DNA of 64,000 bases from Botryllus schlosseri (GCA_051294905.1 CM119384.1:18972001-19036000), one strand, 5' to 3'. Shown: positions 1-14,816, counted from the stretch's first letter. A program made the numbers and translations. The notes: generated from the sequence alone by a model not told the origin.

Positions 1-31
1 CTGGCTCTAACGTTTGAGATTAATCGCTTAC

Positions 32-3000
32 TTGTGACACAGGCTTGACACTGTCGAATAAGCGGCGCTCGGCGAGAAGGAAATCTCCCAGTGGTTCAAA
101 CTGCCGTCTCCGTGCTTCGTCAGCAGGCAAACGATCGGCATTGTGTGGCCGTTCGATTCCAGGAAGGCTTCGTCAGTCGGCTCGCTGGTTTCAGGCTCTT
201 GTATCTTCCTGTTAACATAAGATGCGGGATTTGTGCCAGATTTATGAGCTATCTCGTCATTACGATACGTCCAATGTCCAGCCTAGAACATTCATGGAGA
301 ATGAGACCTAATCGCAGCACATTTACACGGTTTCATTGCAACATCCTCACACTATCGTCACAAATGCCCAAATACTTCATAGTAAAATATGCAAGAGAGC
401 CAACGCACTGCAGTAAGGCTCCGCCGAATGTATCATCGTTTGAAGCGATCAAATGTTCCACGTAATGATTAGCGTACAGCACAAGTTTTGGAGAAAGTGT
501 CGACGCGTCTCGAACTGGTATCGCCATCGGAATCCGAGATGAGAAAGATACCTGGGAAAAACACATTACTTGACAAGTATAATCCCCGGCTCTACTGAAA
601 CTAGTAGACCAATATCATAATATAAAAAATCAACAAAAATATCTACGTCGTATTTCCCATACAACCAAATCTGTACTTAATGTCTTAACGAGTGCGCCAT
701 ACCGTACTATATTGTCTACTAGTTATTTTTATATGTCATAATGCAGGCAAAATCTTTCTCGCATTTCAAATTCACTTCACGGTATCACTGATCCTTGTAA
801 TTTGACGAGACTCGGTAGGAAAGCTTTCAGTGAATAAATGAACAGTGCCAGTATATCGTATTATAATTTCGGAGTAGCAATTGGCACGCATGTGGATTTA
901 GATCAGTGGTTCCCAACCTTTTTGTCTTCAATCCCCACTTCAGATTTATTCCGAGCCTTCATTCCCCACTACCCAAAACTTCTGTCATTACGGAGAAGCC
1001 ATTTGCTTGTTTGAGTACATAAGACACACAACCTCACCAGTACGCTAGAAAATCGCCTACTACTGCAACGTAAAACTACTATGAACCGGTACCTACTGGT
1101 GTCCCTCAAAATTTAGCGGAAGCGTTATTTCACGTCATACTGGTCGTGCTGGATGCGTTTGTGACGACATGATTGGTTATCCGGAGTTGAAAATGAGTTT
1201 TTGTGAACAGCACGGAATATAATTTTCGATACTGGCTCACTCGAGTGGCAATGCGAGACGAATGCCATTATTTGAGTGACAAATAATCTAAGTTCAACCA
1301 CGTTAGAGTTTGACTGACGGTGAGGGGTTAGGTTAAGTTTAATGATAGGGGTCAGACTTCATTGATCCAATTATAACAACTTGAATACTTGTAACTGAAA
1401 CGATTTAAAACATTTGTTGATGTCTCGCTCAAAAATCACTATTCTGCCACTCATATGAATAAGACAGCAATCGTATTGATGCCACTCAAAAGAGCTGGCC
1501 CTCAGTTGATGCACCAGTGGATTGAATGTAATTAAGGTGAAATTTTGAACACTGTTTGCTAACATCAAAATCATCATCCCCAAATAAGGAGTATCGGTTC
1601 AATCAGTATCGGCAGTTCGAATTACAACGATACAAACTCCCAGAGGTGGTCAAAATAGTCAAAATTGCAGCTGAACTATCGATATTAAAGACGTATCTAA
1701 ACCCCTTCAATAGGGCAAAAAACTAGCAGAAAAAAACGAGCTTGAAGCTAATTCGACAAACCTGGGCTTGACGGATTTTTCCACATCGGTTTTCGTCAAT
1801 ATAGCTGACGTGCCACACTAACAACGAACCGTCCGTCGGGTGAATAGCGAACAGGGCGTCGCTTTGCTCGATCCAGTTACGTTTGATAGCTTCGTATATA
1901 TGGCTCGGTAATTGAAGGCCATGAGTAGACTGGAAATTCAAAGGAGAAATTTGAGGCGTACCGTGACAAGGCCAATAATGACGTTTCAAAATATTGCACA
2001 TCAAAGTCAGAGTTGTTCAGCCGCAGCCATTTCTCACAGCCAGATTTACAGGGTACATTACCTGTTGCCCAGCAATCACAACAGAATGAATGTGATTATG
2101 AGATTTTACGGGCACACGCCACCACAGTTACATGGGTGATCATAATTTGGATATAGATTATGTCGGTTTCACCCTTAATGAAATCGTTAATGATTCTTCT
2201 CGCGCCTAACGTGACTGAATATTTTGCCTTTTGGGGTGAACTTATTGCTGTACGTAAAGTACATGAAGTACTGTATCGTGTATACTATATCTAGCACAGC
2301 CTTTTTCACACAATATTTCCATCTATACCTCTCAAACAGTTCGATTAGCATCCGGATCCAAATTTCAACGGGAGGAAATCAGAAACATTAATACCATTGA
2401 TCATTTCATAATTTTAATACATAGTTTCAACAAGTTTTATCATTACAAAGTCTTTGATACCTACATCACACAATCGAAACATTGCTGTTCGAAAAACATT
2501 TGCATGCATCCCTTAGATGGATTAGGAAGCGAAATTCAATTTCTTGTTATTTGACATGTCACAAGAGTAACTGATCCCCGCTTGAAGTGATGTTAAAGAT
2601 AGTATTGATTACATCTCCTTACAATGTATCCGATAGTAGGTCACCTGTATATCCGGGGAGATGGGTGAAGCCAGACACGATAAATAGGCTTCCACGGACT
2701 CTGGCTTTGTGCTGTCCCACTCTGGGAGGTTGCCAGGGAAGCCGGAAGGTCTCTGATGGAAGAAAAGCCAAACATTACTCGCCCTGCAAGCAACGGACCG
2801 AGAGCAGCGCATCAGTGCATAATTCGATAGGCAAAATTGAACAAAGTAAACCAACATCAAGAAATCCATGACACATTACTGCTGATTTATGAAAAATATC
2901 TTGCTAGAATGGAATTTAAGCAAGAGGTTTCAAAGTAGTTACACACATAGTGTGTTTTGATACAATTCTAAAGAAGTATACCAATTACTCAATGACTATA

Positions 3001-6000
3001 GCAAACCTTGATCGGAGAGCCACTGCTTCTTCTCCGCGATGATTGTGATGCAACAGAGTCTCTGTGGCTTTCGAATGACTTGTCACTTTCATCTGTAACA
3101 CGAACTAACGTAAGTATGATTCCATTACATTTCCGGGATGGGCCATGGGCCATACTGTATACCGGGACTTCTCAGTCGATTTCAGAAAGGATTATCTACA
3201 TAACTCCTACATGGGTGGATCTTGTAATAAGATATTTACAAGGTCTGTGCACAATGATTCGATTCGAGTAGGAGAGACCATTTTTTTCACGTAATGAAAT
3301 GCCCCTTATTATTATCAAAATGAAATATAGTTCCGTCGCTCTTTTCGGAATGTGGCAGGCTTGAAATCTAAATAGGTCATAGCCCAGGGGTCATAGTTAA
3401 GGACCGCCGCCTCATACCTTCCGACTGATGCCTCTGCGTCGTATTTTGCGTCTCGAGTAAAGTCTCGTGTAGCAACTTGTTCAGATGAGCCATAGCGTGA
3501 TGGTGTTTGTTATCGAGCCAATGCACTGTGAACACGGAACCCTCTCTCTCCTCACCGCAGTCGCTACTGTCATCCTCGGCATGTGAACCCATCGCGGACA
3601 TGGAGGGCAGCAGTGGAATATCTTGAAACATGAATAACTCGTCAAATACAGTCAGTGGAGTCGGACGGAAGAAATTTAGAAATCATCAGCTAAATAGACA
3701 AGTAGGGATCGTCAAATTAGAAAGTGACAAATATACAAACAGAGTGGTGCCGTTTCCAAAATATATTCACTTACGGTGATACAGGGGTTTCACAGCATAA
3801 AAGTTTATATCCCGGAATAGATATCCACAGTGATACTATCATAATCGGAAACTGTCAGTCTTTGAAAATTCCTTGTATATAATGCAGCAATTTTCACGAA
3901 CAACCAGTTTTATTCGATGATATAAAAGAAAAACAATGCAACAGTTGTCATATGGTCAATGACTATTAGAAATTGATAGCTTTGCGGGAATTCCTTGAAT
4001 ATTTTCTGGAACGATCATTTCTACTCGTTCATGAAGGCAGCAAAATGCTGCAACTGTTTCTGCGTTACAAACGTCTGCTACATACCTGCAGTAGGATTAA
4101 TGGTGGCAGCAATATGGAAATGTCGAAATAGTCTCCTCGTAGTTTTTTCCGGTAACACTGAATTTTGATTCGCATCCAGCTTGGTGTTCATCGCTGGCGC
4201 GCTAATAGACTGAAAATAAGACGCAGGCTTCCGTTAATTGCTATCCGCATGAGGTCGAAAGCATGGCGAAATCCCACGAAATTTGTTTGCTGCCTTTCTC
4301 AATTCACGAAAATTTTCTCACAGTGATCATAAAATACCTCACTTTCCCAGATATTCAAATAAGTCTCAAGCTAATTTAGTTCTGCCGTGACAATCCAAGT
4401 CAAATGTATACACCGCGCAATGTGCGGCCCGTGGTGACAATTTGGAGAAGTGTGCGGACCACAATTTAGTAAGCATACGTTTGAGGTAAACTCAAGTGGG
4501 GTTGGAGATGGACAAAACAACATTAACCCTTTGTGATCGGCCGGCCTACCGACCAAAATTTTACTGCATCCATAAAAATACCGATAAAATGTGATCCATA
4601 GGGCTTAAATTGACGCCCAATATATTGCCGTAAACCTGAAGTAGCCGCCTAGCGGACTGAGACGCTCGCACGGCTCAGACGCGAGAGGGAATGGCGTTAT
4701 GCGAGGAAATGTAGTCAATCTTTTGAAAATGGAAGAGAATTTTGTTCTTCAATTTATCCTGATGTCATTCATATGGCTTCTATTGGTATATGACCACCTG
4801 ATTGTTCTCCGCATCAATCTCTACGTTCCAACGAGCCATTACACGCTACTATAACGCTTCATAGCCCAGCGCTACGATATTGGAAAGACAGAGAGGATAA
4901 GCATGACTCACGCGGCCGCCGCTGATAAGTAATCATTACGTAATCGCGTATTCTGGCTGAAGGCAACACGCGTGTCCAGTTCTACGTAACATAATACATA
5001 ATAGTGCCTAAGTTATATATCTCCCTGCTATTCAAGTGTTATCAGCTTCAGTTGGTTATTGTGTGTAACTGCAATAAGGCAAAATCCAAGTGAACATATA
5101 TTGGCTTATCCTTGTTCGACACTGCCCATATGCGCTTGAGAATTCATTTTACACGATACCGTATTGCTTCATTTCACATCCATTTGAACTGTCTTCTATA
5201 GCGCGAATGATTTACGTATGATCAACACTATTCATAGAAGTGAACAGTAACTTTCTGTGCCATCTAAAACAGACATAGGCTGCCTCTATGTGATGTTGTT
5301 ATTACAGGCTCGGCTACCGAAATAGCCTAACTCGCACGCTTATTTGTTCAGTGTTAGGGCTGGTGTCGGTTGTCTTATACAAAACTAGGCTCCACGATAG
5401 GGATATTGATGGATTTGCCAGGATAATGGCTAACTATATATATCATTTGCAATTGCCTGAAGCAATTATACATCTGTCTGAAACCGCAACCAGCCAGGTG
5501 CTCTTACGCAGCCATGATTTTCACGTGGCAAGGTATTGCTTTCTTTCCCGTCAATTTGAAACATCTTCTACGTGCTAATCTTCGATATAAGGGCTTTCAT
5601 ACAATGGTATAATATACAGCAAGTCATGGAAGATAACTGTAACTGGTTATATGACGTCTAGAACGGAAGTTACAATGGTTTACATTTCAGGCGTTCATTC
5701 AAACGAACATCGTTACAAATTCAATTTTGCTGGAAACGTTTTTGCGTGTTCAATCTTCATTTCAAATAGGATATACATTGATATAATAGATTATACATGG
5801 TCCGATGTATGCGAATTCATAAGAGCTATCCTTATAAAACGATTGTAACAGTTTATGACCAATACAGGTCTAGCTATCTTGGATTAAATAACGACTCCTC
5901 TGTGTTAAACAGTGGCGGTCCAGTATACTGGACAGCCGGTCGCAAAGGGTTAAAACATGTATACGCCGACTTGGCACATGATAGTTTTGGCAAATATATT

Positions 6001-9000
6001 CCATAACCTTAATTTTTTTCCTTCAGCTATTCGTGATTGATATGTTTAGTGTGGTCATCGCCGTGCAGATTATATTAATAACAGAGGGCCTTGCAACAAA
6101 GAAATCCTATATGCCACCCGCGGTCTCGCCACATGTATAAATAGCACATTTTTCTAATAAGAATGCATAATGCACAACTCTGATATAGGCTTACACACGT
6201 TAGATCAGTGGTCGCCCAAACAGAGAAGCACACTTTGAACCCCCCGACTGCCTAGCATCAACTCGTTTCTGTTAATGTAACCCAACAAGGATTCTGTTGC
6301 GATATCAAAAAATCACGACTCTATCATGAATATCAGTCATATCAGTAGGCTATTTCATCTCAGCGGGTACTCTAGTGTAGCTGCTTCGAAATCACTGGGC
6401 ACTGCACCTCAGCAATTGCCCATTTCACAAAGCACATTGTCAGTCGCACACTGACCTTCTTGACATCGGCAACGTCCCCGAGATGTTTCTCGCTTTTGAA
6501 AGCCTGTTTTTTTTTCGAAGACAGCGGCTTGCTGACGGTACGTGCGGGTGCGGTGTGGGCCCCTGCCAATTTGGTGATGTCCATCTCGGGCGTGAATGTC
6601 TCGCACCAAATCCGACACATATTGTCGTGACACGAGCTTATCAGGATATTCGGAACGGAGCCGCTAAATAGAAATGAGACCACAATTGTATTGGGAAATC
6701 GACTGAAATCTCAAACAGTTATTGCTTCATGATCTTCTACGTGCGTAACACAAAACCGAAAATATATTCCGGCTAAGGAATATCTGTTATTGGAAACTTT
6801 ACCATAATCCAGTATTGTTCACAGGGAACAGCGATGGCTGTTTTACAAGATACCATAGATACGTGGTCAAACCAGTGATTTACTCTGGTATATAGGTCTG
6901 TCCCCATCCCCGTGGTTATGGCCCTCTTTCCCATTTGAATCCGTGGTCCTTTACTTAAACATGGTCCCATCCCCGTTGCGAAACCATCACATCATGGCAT
7001 GTAACATGAAAATACCAAACGTGAATTTTCGAATCTAACAAAATATTCTCTTTTTTCGATTTATGCATGTAATTCACCTGGGTAGCAGAGGAACGCTTTT
7101 CCTCCATTGAAACCCAGCAACTGGCTTTGGATGAATGAGATAAGTGAAGGTAAAATCGATGGACGGCAGCGATGGTTTCATTCCATGCCCAGGGGAAGTT
7201 CTGCTTGAATTCTGAAAAAGTAGCAAAATAGTACGCGTGTACAAGTGATTTACATTACAACCGACACAACCTCGTTTCATTTTAACACAATCTTTCACAA
7301 AACCAGACCATCATACCCAATTGCACATGCACATACTGTAAGCTACAATATACAATTGAATGGGATATTCATATTGAAACGAGCCCGAATATTTTTGGCT
7401 GACACTCGCCAGGGGTAATCGTCATCAACTAGTAGATTACCCCTGACACGAGTCAGCACACAATATTTGGGTACATTTCAATTTCAATATATTCAATAGT
7501 ATACTCTGTACCTTCAAGAAGCTCTTCAAATACTGTGCAATCTTAAAATAGTCGCATTGAATTACGTATCCCTAATATGAAAAATACACTTGAAATTTCC
7601 TGGTTCCTATCTATAAGACATATCATAATTTTCCAAATATAGTACGCCCCACGTTTAATACACACCCTCAAAATGGCATGTAAAAATCTGGGGAAAAGTC
7701 TGCATTCTCGTTGATGCTTTCAATTAGATGCTTTCAATTATTTTTGATACGACGATAAGGGGGCGCGAAAAGAGTTTGAGAGCCACTGATTTACTTGATT
7801 GCTCCGAAACATCAAAAGTGCTTACTAACCACCTCTCATTGAGGCAACAAATATACTATGCACTACAAAAACATTGACACGAAAACGCAATATCAAAATG
7901 TTTCAAAATTCGCAAAATATAATTCACCGTGGAATCGCCGCGGAAATAACTAGTAGGCAGCGCGAATCTTTGGTGCCAGACTTTGATCATGGTATCTCCG
8001 CGAGAGACCGACGCGAAAAGCATGTCGTCTGGAGAGAACTGAACGTCGCACGGGTCTTCCTGTATGCCGCTGCCCCAAACCAACTCCCAAGAAACGTCTG
8101 CAAATAGATACAGCAAGCTGACGATTTGGTGCATGTCATGGTGTGGCCATCTACAACCCGTGGGGCATAATCCGACTCGCGATACAGCCCCTGACAAATG
8201 ACAGCCGAAAATACTCAGGTCCATTTCAATATGAATATACCATTCAGTCGTATGTCAGAACAGATTGAAAACAATAGCACGAGAGCGAGTTGTAGGAATT
8301 ACAAAGTTTTTGCCCCTTCTGCGTAACGGAGTGATAGACATGAATAAACAAATTAATCCAGTGAAGAGTCATGATGATGCCGTCACCTGATTCAGGACTT
8401 TCACCCAAGTTAGAAAATTGGAGACCTTCGTCATCCTCTTCCTCGACTGAAAAAGAACGGATTATAGGTAAAAAAGTCACGATTTGAAACAAATTTCAGT
8501 TTTGGTGTGCCTGTGAAATCAATATGCAAACTACTTTGCACTCATTTAATTTGACTTTAGAATTTTGATTTTCCAGCGTGCCGAGTGACTATCAAATTTA
8601 AAAATATAACACAGTATGTACAGTACACGAATCAATACTATTATGTAGTATTATACTATGGAAATATTATGTAGTTTTGCTATCGTGAGAAAAATCGATC
8701 TTATACACGTATAATTAATAGAATCACATCAATATCATAATTTTGACCCGATACCAAAATCCAGACTCAGAAACGAATGGTAGCAACTGATTTGTGCTGC
8801 TTGGTACTTGAGTTCATTGTTCAGAACTTGAATGATTGTCATATTCTTATTATGAGCCACTTTTTATAGATGGCTGTCATTCCTGTAAAATACTGATCCT
8901 ACTGGTGAATATCTATATTTTTATTATTAGGCTACTATTAATATATTATTGACTAGCAAAAATTGTCTATGTTGTTAGGCTTCTGAGCTCATACCAATGG

Positions 9001-12000
9001 TGATTTCCTTTCAATATGTATTATATTTTCTTGCCACAAAAAAGTCACTCTAGCTACAGCCCAGCCCAAAGAGAAAACTGCTCATTTGTACTGGAATGCT
9101 GTCAGCATTGAATGCATTCAATCGGATACTATAACCATGTGCATGAAAGATATGTGCAGATGTATCAAAGAAAAGCAGTTATCGTATCAAGAACAATGGT
9201 AATTATACACCCAAGTTTGACCAAAGTAGTCTGTTACATAGACATGGACACAGAATTTTGATATTTGTGGTGAATGCGACGAAAACTTTCCAAAGCACAG
9301 GTATTATAGGTGGATCAAGTGCTTACTATCTCGTTGAGTGAAAAATAACCTCAAATAACGGATTTCTTGGCTTTGCGCAATATGCGCATACGGAACAATT
9401 CGATTTATTGAATCAATGGCCAGCCTCTTTTACAAATTTATGACACAGTGGACATTATTCGAAATTCTCATTTAAATCAATATGTCTTCCTTACTTTCTT
9501 CAATGGAGAATTGAACGTTGAGAGTCGGTCTGTGCTTGGCATTCTTTTTGATTTCCCAAAGCAGAATTTCTTTGCATCCGACCAACAGTCTCTCTCCTGA
9601 ACACATTCATATTGCTCGAGTCAAGTTACAAAATCTCGTCGTGAATCGAAATACCAATTTGGCACCAAATGACACTAACATCAACATTTCATAAATCCTT
9701 CAACGACTGAACAACCAAATCAATGCAAAAGTCGTACCAGTGGAAATTAAGCTGAGTAATTGAAAAACCATGAAGAAACGAACGATTACAAGTGAGTGGG
9801 GTACAAATACAGAGATTGAAAGTATTTCCTAACAGACGGCATCCGGTATTAGCAATCTACATATGCTACTAAAAACTCAAATGTACTCGAATCTACCATT
9901 ACTACATTACAAGGCACGTGTGACACTGCCCATACCAGCTTGACATACCCGTAGATGCCCATGACAAAACTGTGGCTTTGCCATATTCCTCTTTCAATTT
10001 CAGGACATTCTCCTCCAACCACGTAAATACCTGAAAATTCAAACATTCACCAAAATTACTCGTGCACTGGACCTTAATTTTTCATTTGAACTAAAATTTC
10101 TAGAATTCATGAATCTCATACGTAGGTGCAGTAATCTTGCACAGTCTTAATCTTCCAACAAATTTTGTGAGCATTTTAACGAAAATGTAACCTAAGCACA
10201 TAGTAATTCATATATGCCACTTTCTACATAGCAATCTAAGGCACGAAAGCAGATTTTTTAAACATATGCTCAAATTGTTAAAACCAAACCAGTTTGATCT
10301 GATACACACAGAAGTAGAAGTTGAATAAAGTTTATTATCATTAACATCAAACATAGACAACTAACCGGTACACCATCTTTTTCATTTTCAATCAATTTCG
10401 GACGATAAATAACGATCTCTCTTCCATAAGACACGGCGATCTGAAATCAATGAATCAATAATAAACAAAATTTTGCATACTATCCCCGAAGTTGAGGAAT
10501 TGCGTCCGTAAATCAATTGGAATCACAGAAGTTCCAATGGACCAAATTACAATTTTTTTGTTTGGTTTCATATTTACATCCAAAATTATGGCATGGATCA
10601 GTTTTTTTTAACATATTCAGCGCTCGTACCCCTTGAGCTTTTAATAAAATTTATCGTGCCCCCTGTCCATTTTCAATACAACTTCTGATGGTATCTATAT
10701 TAGAAAAAAAAAGACCATTGACATGAGATTGCGTGTAGCACAAAGAATATTCTTCAGTTGAATAAATTGGCCCAGAAATTATTCCATTTTTTGTTGGATT
10801 GCAAAATAATTTTAGGCTCTAGCCTAGCGTAATTGGCCTAATTCCATAGCCTAATGCATCTCGCATGCTCTGATTTGGTGCTTCCTACCCCCATGGGGTA
10901 GACAGACCCCTGGTTAAGAACCCCTGGTATAGATGTTTCGAAAAAGCATTTTGAACATGATTCTTAAGAAATATCTAAACAGCATAACAGTTGTTGCGCT
11001 TAACAAAACAGCAGACCAACTCGTGTCGCAAGTTGAAAATTCACTTGTAAGTAAACTAGCGTTAGAGCTTTCTGATTATTCGACTCTCATATCGTTAATT
11101 TGTTATATCCCTCAGAGATCATTCGAGAATAGATTGCCGAAACTCAGAAAGATACAAGTCGTTTTTTTTCTCAATCACAAGTAGCAGTAGTGATTTTACA
11201 GACAGGACAAATGTACTTGAAGTGGTAAATGAAAGATCTGGAAAGAAGCCTACTCAAATAAGTAGTTTAAAATCAGTTTAGGAAGACGCATCACAGACTT
11301 ACAAGTTTTTCAATCGCCGATGGGCGATGACAGATTCAAAATTGCAATATCCATACGAATACAAAATCACTGAAGGTGCCACAGATGGGTGCAATTTTCA
11401 AAATCTTTTCAGCTGCCGAGATACAGGGCCAACATCGCCCAGTCAGCAGTTGTTATATTGACATTTTAACGCAAGAACGTGATATAACAGATAATCTACA
11501 ATGGAAAAAGAAACTACTTAGGTTTCCATAGCTGGCAAAGTATAAGGTAGTGTAAAAACATGGCCACTTAGTGGGAGTAGACCAGTCCTAAAAGTAGACG
11601 TTTAGCCCTTTTCATTACAGACTTGTTCTATTCATGGGCCACGGGTTATAAAGAAGTGCCAACTGCCCAGTCAATCATCAATATCTTGTTAAGCAACAGC
11701 TGTTCTGAACGCATAGAGGCGATAATTCAACCGCGACTAGCGAGTTACATATAGCAGCTCTGAAATTTCGTATAGACAAAATTTTATAGGCTATCAGTTT
11801 AAAATACCTTTCCAGAAAAATGACAACAATCCAAGCTTGTCACAAGTTGATATCCTCTGATATGGCCAGGAATAATGTGTATCGGTTGTAAATCAACGCC
11901 GAGAATAACCAAATCACATCCAGATCCGTATGCCTAAATGAAATGTGCAATATACATTACAATGAATAGCAATAAACAGTGCAATATATGTATATAATCC

Positions 12001-14344
12001 TGATTGGAATCTCCGTCCTTTTTTTGAAATAAATCCTGCGTGATAGAAGCTTTTTTCGCGTGACAGAGTCAACTTTGCGGCGTGACATTGTCACTGACAA
12101 GCAAGGTTACTGACTTGAAATGACTGTGCTAAGCCAGTGACAGGAGATCAGATGCTAATGGGGTAATGGTTAGCAACCTGTAAGGTGCAAGTACTTTACA
12201 ACAGACAGTAATCAACAGATCCCGGCTTGAGGATTAGGTCAAAACATTATATAGGGGAGAGTGGGTAGGTATGGGCCACTGTTGAGGTGTGGGCCACTGC
12301 CATATCTGGTGACTGTGACATCCCATATGGTTGCCAAGCTCTGTGATTGTTAGTAAAAGGCTCCAGACTCACCCATGTTACTCACAGCCATGAGGCCAGC
12401 GGAGTTTTTGACTCAGCTAGAGATATATAATTTTTTCGGCCTTGAGTAAATTTATTTGAAAATAGGGAATTTGGGTTTGAGTCCACATATGTGCATGTTT
12501 GGATTAGACTTATATATGGTGTGAAAGCTATAGAAATATGCTATCTATAGAGTATAGTTTTAATGCTTTGTCAATATCTCGGATCTTGAAATTATGGTAA
12601 GAATCCCCAAGATGGAGTGTTTGAGGTATGGGCCTTTTAGCAGGTTGAGGTATAGGCCGGCCCATACCTCAATAGGCTGGGGTATGGGACAGTATAACAT
12701 ATATATACCTGAAATCAATATTTGAATGATCCTATTAAATATATTTATCTCTAGAATACAGAAGGTGTTGGTCTTATCCCTCCCATATGCAATCTCTTGA
12801 AAGTAAATCATGAAACCCATAAAAAGCCAGTTTTCAGAATCAGATCTGAGCTTGGCAATATGAAACGTTAAAGCATGGGAGGGAGAGAAGAATGCCGTCA
12901 GTATAAAATTGGTACAGCTACATTAAACAGGTATATGGAAAACCAGGGGATGAGTCTCACATGAAAAAGATTTCAAAATCGTTTTCCAATACTGTCTTCA
13001 ATGACGGGGAGAAAAGTTTGTTGGCACAGTATGTCATCATGTGCTCTAATACGTATCATGGTGTGTCACTCCCACTTAAATAAGAGATAGAGCTGTGACA
13101 TTTGGATTTGATGGGGTAGTTGAGGCGAAAGAAGCATGATTTGATAGTGATTTTCATGTTACATATCTTTAGTTATCTTGTTTCGTTATGTGTTACGGCT
13201 TTCAATCAATACGGGAATTGAAATATATGAATTGTCCACTTCCAGCCCAGCTTTATATCAGTATATACAAACTGTTGGTAACTGTGACAAGAGTTGAGGT
13301 TTGCAGGATATGAATGGCATTTATTGATTCAATACAGACAGCGGCCCATACCTCACTACCCCCCGGCCCATACCTCGGAGCCTATTTTTTACTTACAAAA
13401 ATGATGTATTGTTACAAAATTTGATGTCACTTCCAAATACTAAATACATGGGTATTTTAGCTTAATTCTACCAGTAATAGTTAGCCAGATAACTAATGAT
13501 AGTCTATACCGAAATTTAGGAATATTAGACAAAGTTTGGCCAAGTTATAGCTTTGTAAGATTTAGTGGCCCATACCTACCCACTCTCCCCTACCACATAC
13601 TAACTGGAATATAGCATTTGGGGTGGCTGAGAACATTGACTTTTTTTCAATTTTTATTTTTATTTTTTTTAATGAAATCAACGACCCGTGACGGCGTGAC
13701 CGCGTGCAACTGGCGACCAAGTCGGCGTGATCCTGCGTGCCTTGGACACCGATTCCATACTGGTATATAATTATTATATACCTGTAGCCTAATCGATATT
13801 AGTTATACAATTCATACAAGATACTCATTAGGGTTGTTCAGAATTGACCAACTTTAAGGGTGCAGCCGTGCAGGTAATGCAATGCAGGCTATAGGTCAGA
13901 TAAGGAATTGGCAATCCGCAGCTATAGAACTCCATGTGTCTGTTTCAAGAATATGCTGTTGCACCCTGTGAACTGAGTTCATGGTGCCAAATTCAATTTA
14001 AAATAAGTGCTATTACTAACAATACATAGGATTTCAAGTGGTCAAATGGACTATTTTATTAGATAGCTTGTCGGCTTACTCCTTACAATGTGTGAACATC
14101 AGCATTATGTAAGGTGTCTATTGCTATTAGTAATGGTCTAATGGACGTTAAGTGCTATCACATACCGCCAAAGATGAATCGAGATAAATAAGCAAAGTAA
14201 AATCGATACAGTAACTCGTTAATACGGATATGGCGTTAGTAATCAGTATCATCTTACCCAAAACGTAAAACTTGCAATGCTCCCAACACTGAAACAATGA
14301 TTTCCGGGATTGACAGCCCCCGTCAGAACTTGATGCCTTCGCAT
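32..14344 (-). CDS. DMXL2: DmX-like protein / Rabconnectin-3 alpha (WD40), 5' part, multi-exon; continues beyond the left edge
   Basis: Phase-consistent GT-AG exons traced by hand: 14344-14258 (MRRHQVLTGAVNPGNHCFSVGS), 11933-11808 (AYGSGCDLVIL), 10440-10366 (IAVSYG), 10030-9949, 9596-9495, 8446-8387, 8097-7928 (FSPDDMLFASVSRGDTMIKVW), 7211-7078 (YLIHPKPVAGFQWRK), 6663-6456 (GSVPNILISSCHDNMCRIWCET), 4209-4086 (HFHIAATINP), 3621-3418 (DIPLLPS..VHWLDNK), 3092-3007, 2752-2645, 1929-1762 (LFAIHPTDGSLLVWHV), 551-409 (VSFSSRIP), 208-32 (KHGDGSLNHW). Motifs match the DMXL1/2 N-terminus from memory. The 409 donor and the 2752-2645 exon are less certain. It is probably a single co-orthologue of DMXL1 and DMXL2. 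Confidence 0.93.
904..1080 (+). mobile_element. hAT/Charlie-type non-autonomous element, left part (family C)
   Basis: Begins CAGTGGTTCCCAACC. About 175 bp are homologous to 27893-28950, where the same sequence is interrupted by another element. Confidence 0.7.
4527..5949. mobile_element. piggyBac-type non-autonomous element in a DMXL intron
   Basis: TTAA flanks both sides (4523-4526, 5950-5953). TIRs are CCCTTTGTGATCGGC and CCCTTTGCGACCGGC (reverse complement). No transposase ORF. Confidence 0.8.
7350..7505. repeat. Inverted pair of degenerate hammerhead-motif mini-repeats
   Basis: A minus copy (core 7384-7416) and a plus copy (core 7439-7472) of the family at 27303-27420 and 53230-53349 are fused at ctagtag. 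Confidence 0.7.
8186..8240 (+). repeat. Degenerate copy of the hammerhead-motif mini-repeat
   Basis: ccctgacaaatgacagccgaaaatactcaggtccatttcaatatgaatata aligns with the family consensus. Confidence 0.6.
12254..13590. mobile_element. Tc1/mariner (pogo-like) non-autonomous element in DMXL intron 1
   Basis: Perfect 27-bp TIR GGGGAGAGTGGGTAGGTATGGGCCACT with TA on both flanks. Subterminal GAGGTATGGGCC repeats occur in both orientations. Confidence 0.85.
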
Positions 14345-14816
14345 TATATAAAAAATCGTAATCCCAGCCTTAATGAAATAACTCCATATGCAGATCGGAA
14401 ACGCATACAGTTTACAGAAACTGAGAGCAGCTAACACGTCAACCAGCCAATCGTCAATGTTTTGCAATGTCGAGCAATGTTTTGAGAAATCTATCTTCTG
14501 TCAATCACAGACTTCTAGTCCTGCAGATCCGGTGAACCGGAAAATTAATGAATGGAAAGTAGTTTTTTAGTTCTTTGTCAATCTCAAAACACATCTTTTG
14601 TGCACTTCTATATTCGTGATATCTCATGTCTACATATTGAGAACTGCACGACACACGCTCCCATTCGATTCAATTTCTGAACAAACCAAAATCTGCAACC
14701 CGAAAAATGTTGTTGTTGAATAATGTTCAGCTGAATCAGGAATTACGGACGGAGTCACATGTCTTGACGTTAGTTGACCTCGAAGAACATTCATTCTTTG
14801 CAGCTCGCATATCGCC
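14345..14816. promoter_or_regulatory. Putative bidirectional promoter between DMXL2 and DNPH1
   Basis: Only 472 bp separate the two divergent ATGs. Each ATG is preceded by a pyrimidine-rich AG acceptor (14369-14370 on -, 14802-14803 on +). Confidence 0.6.
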
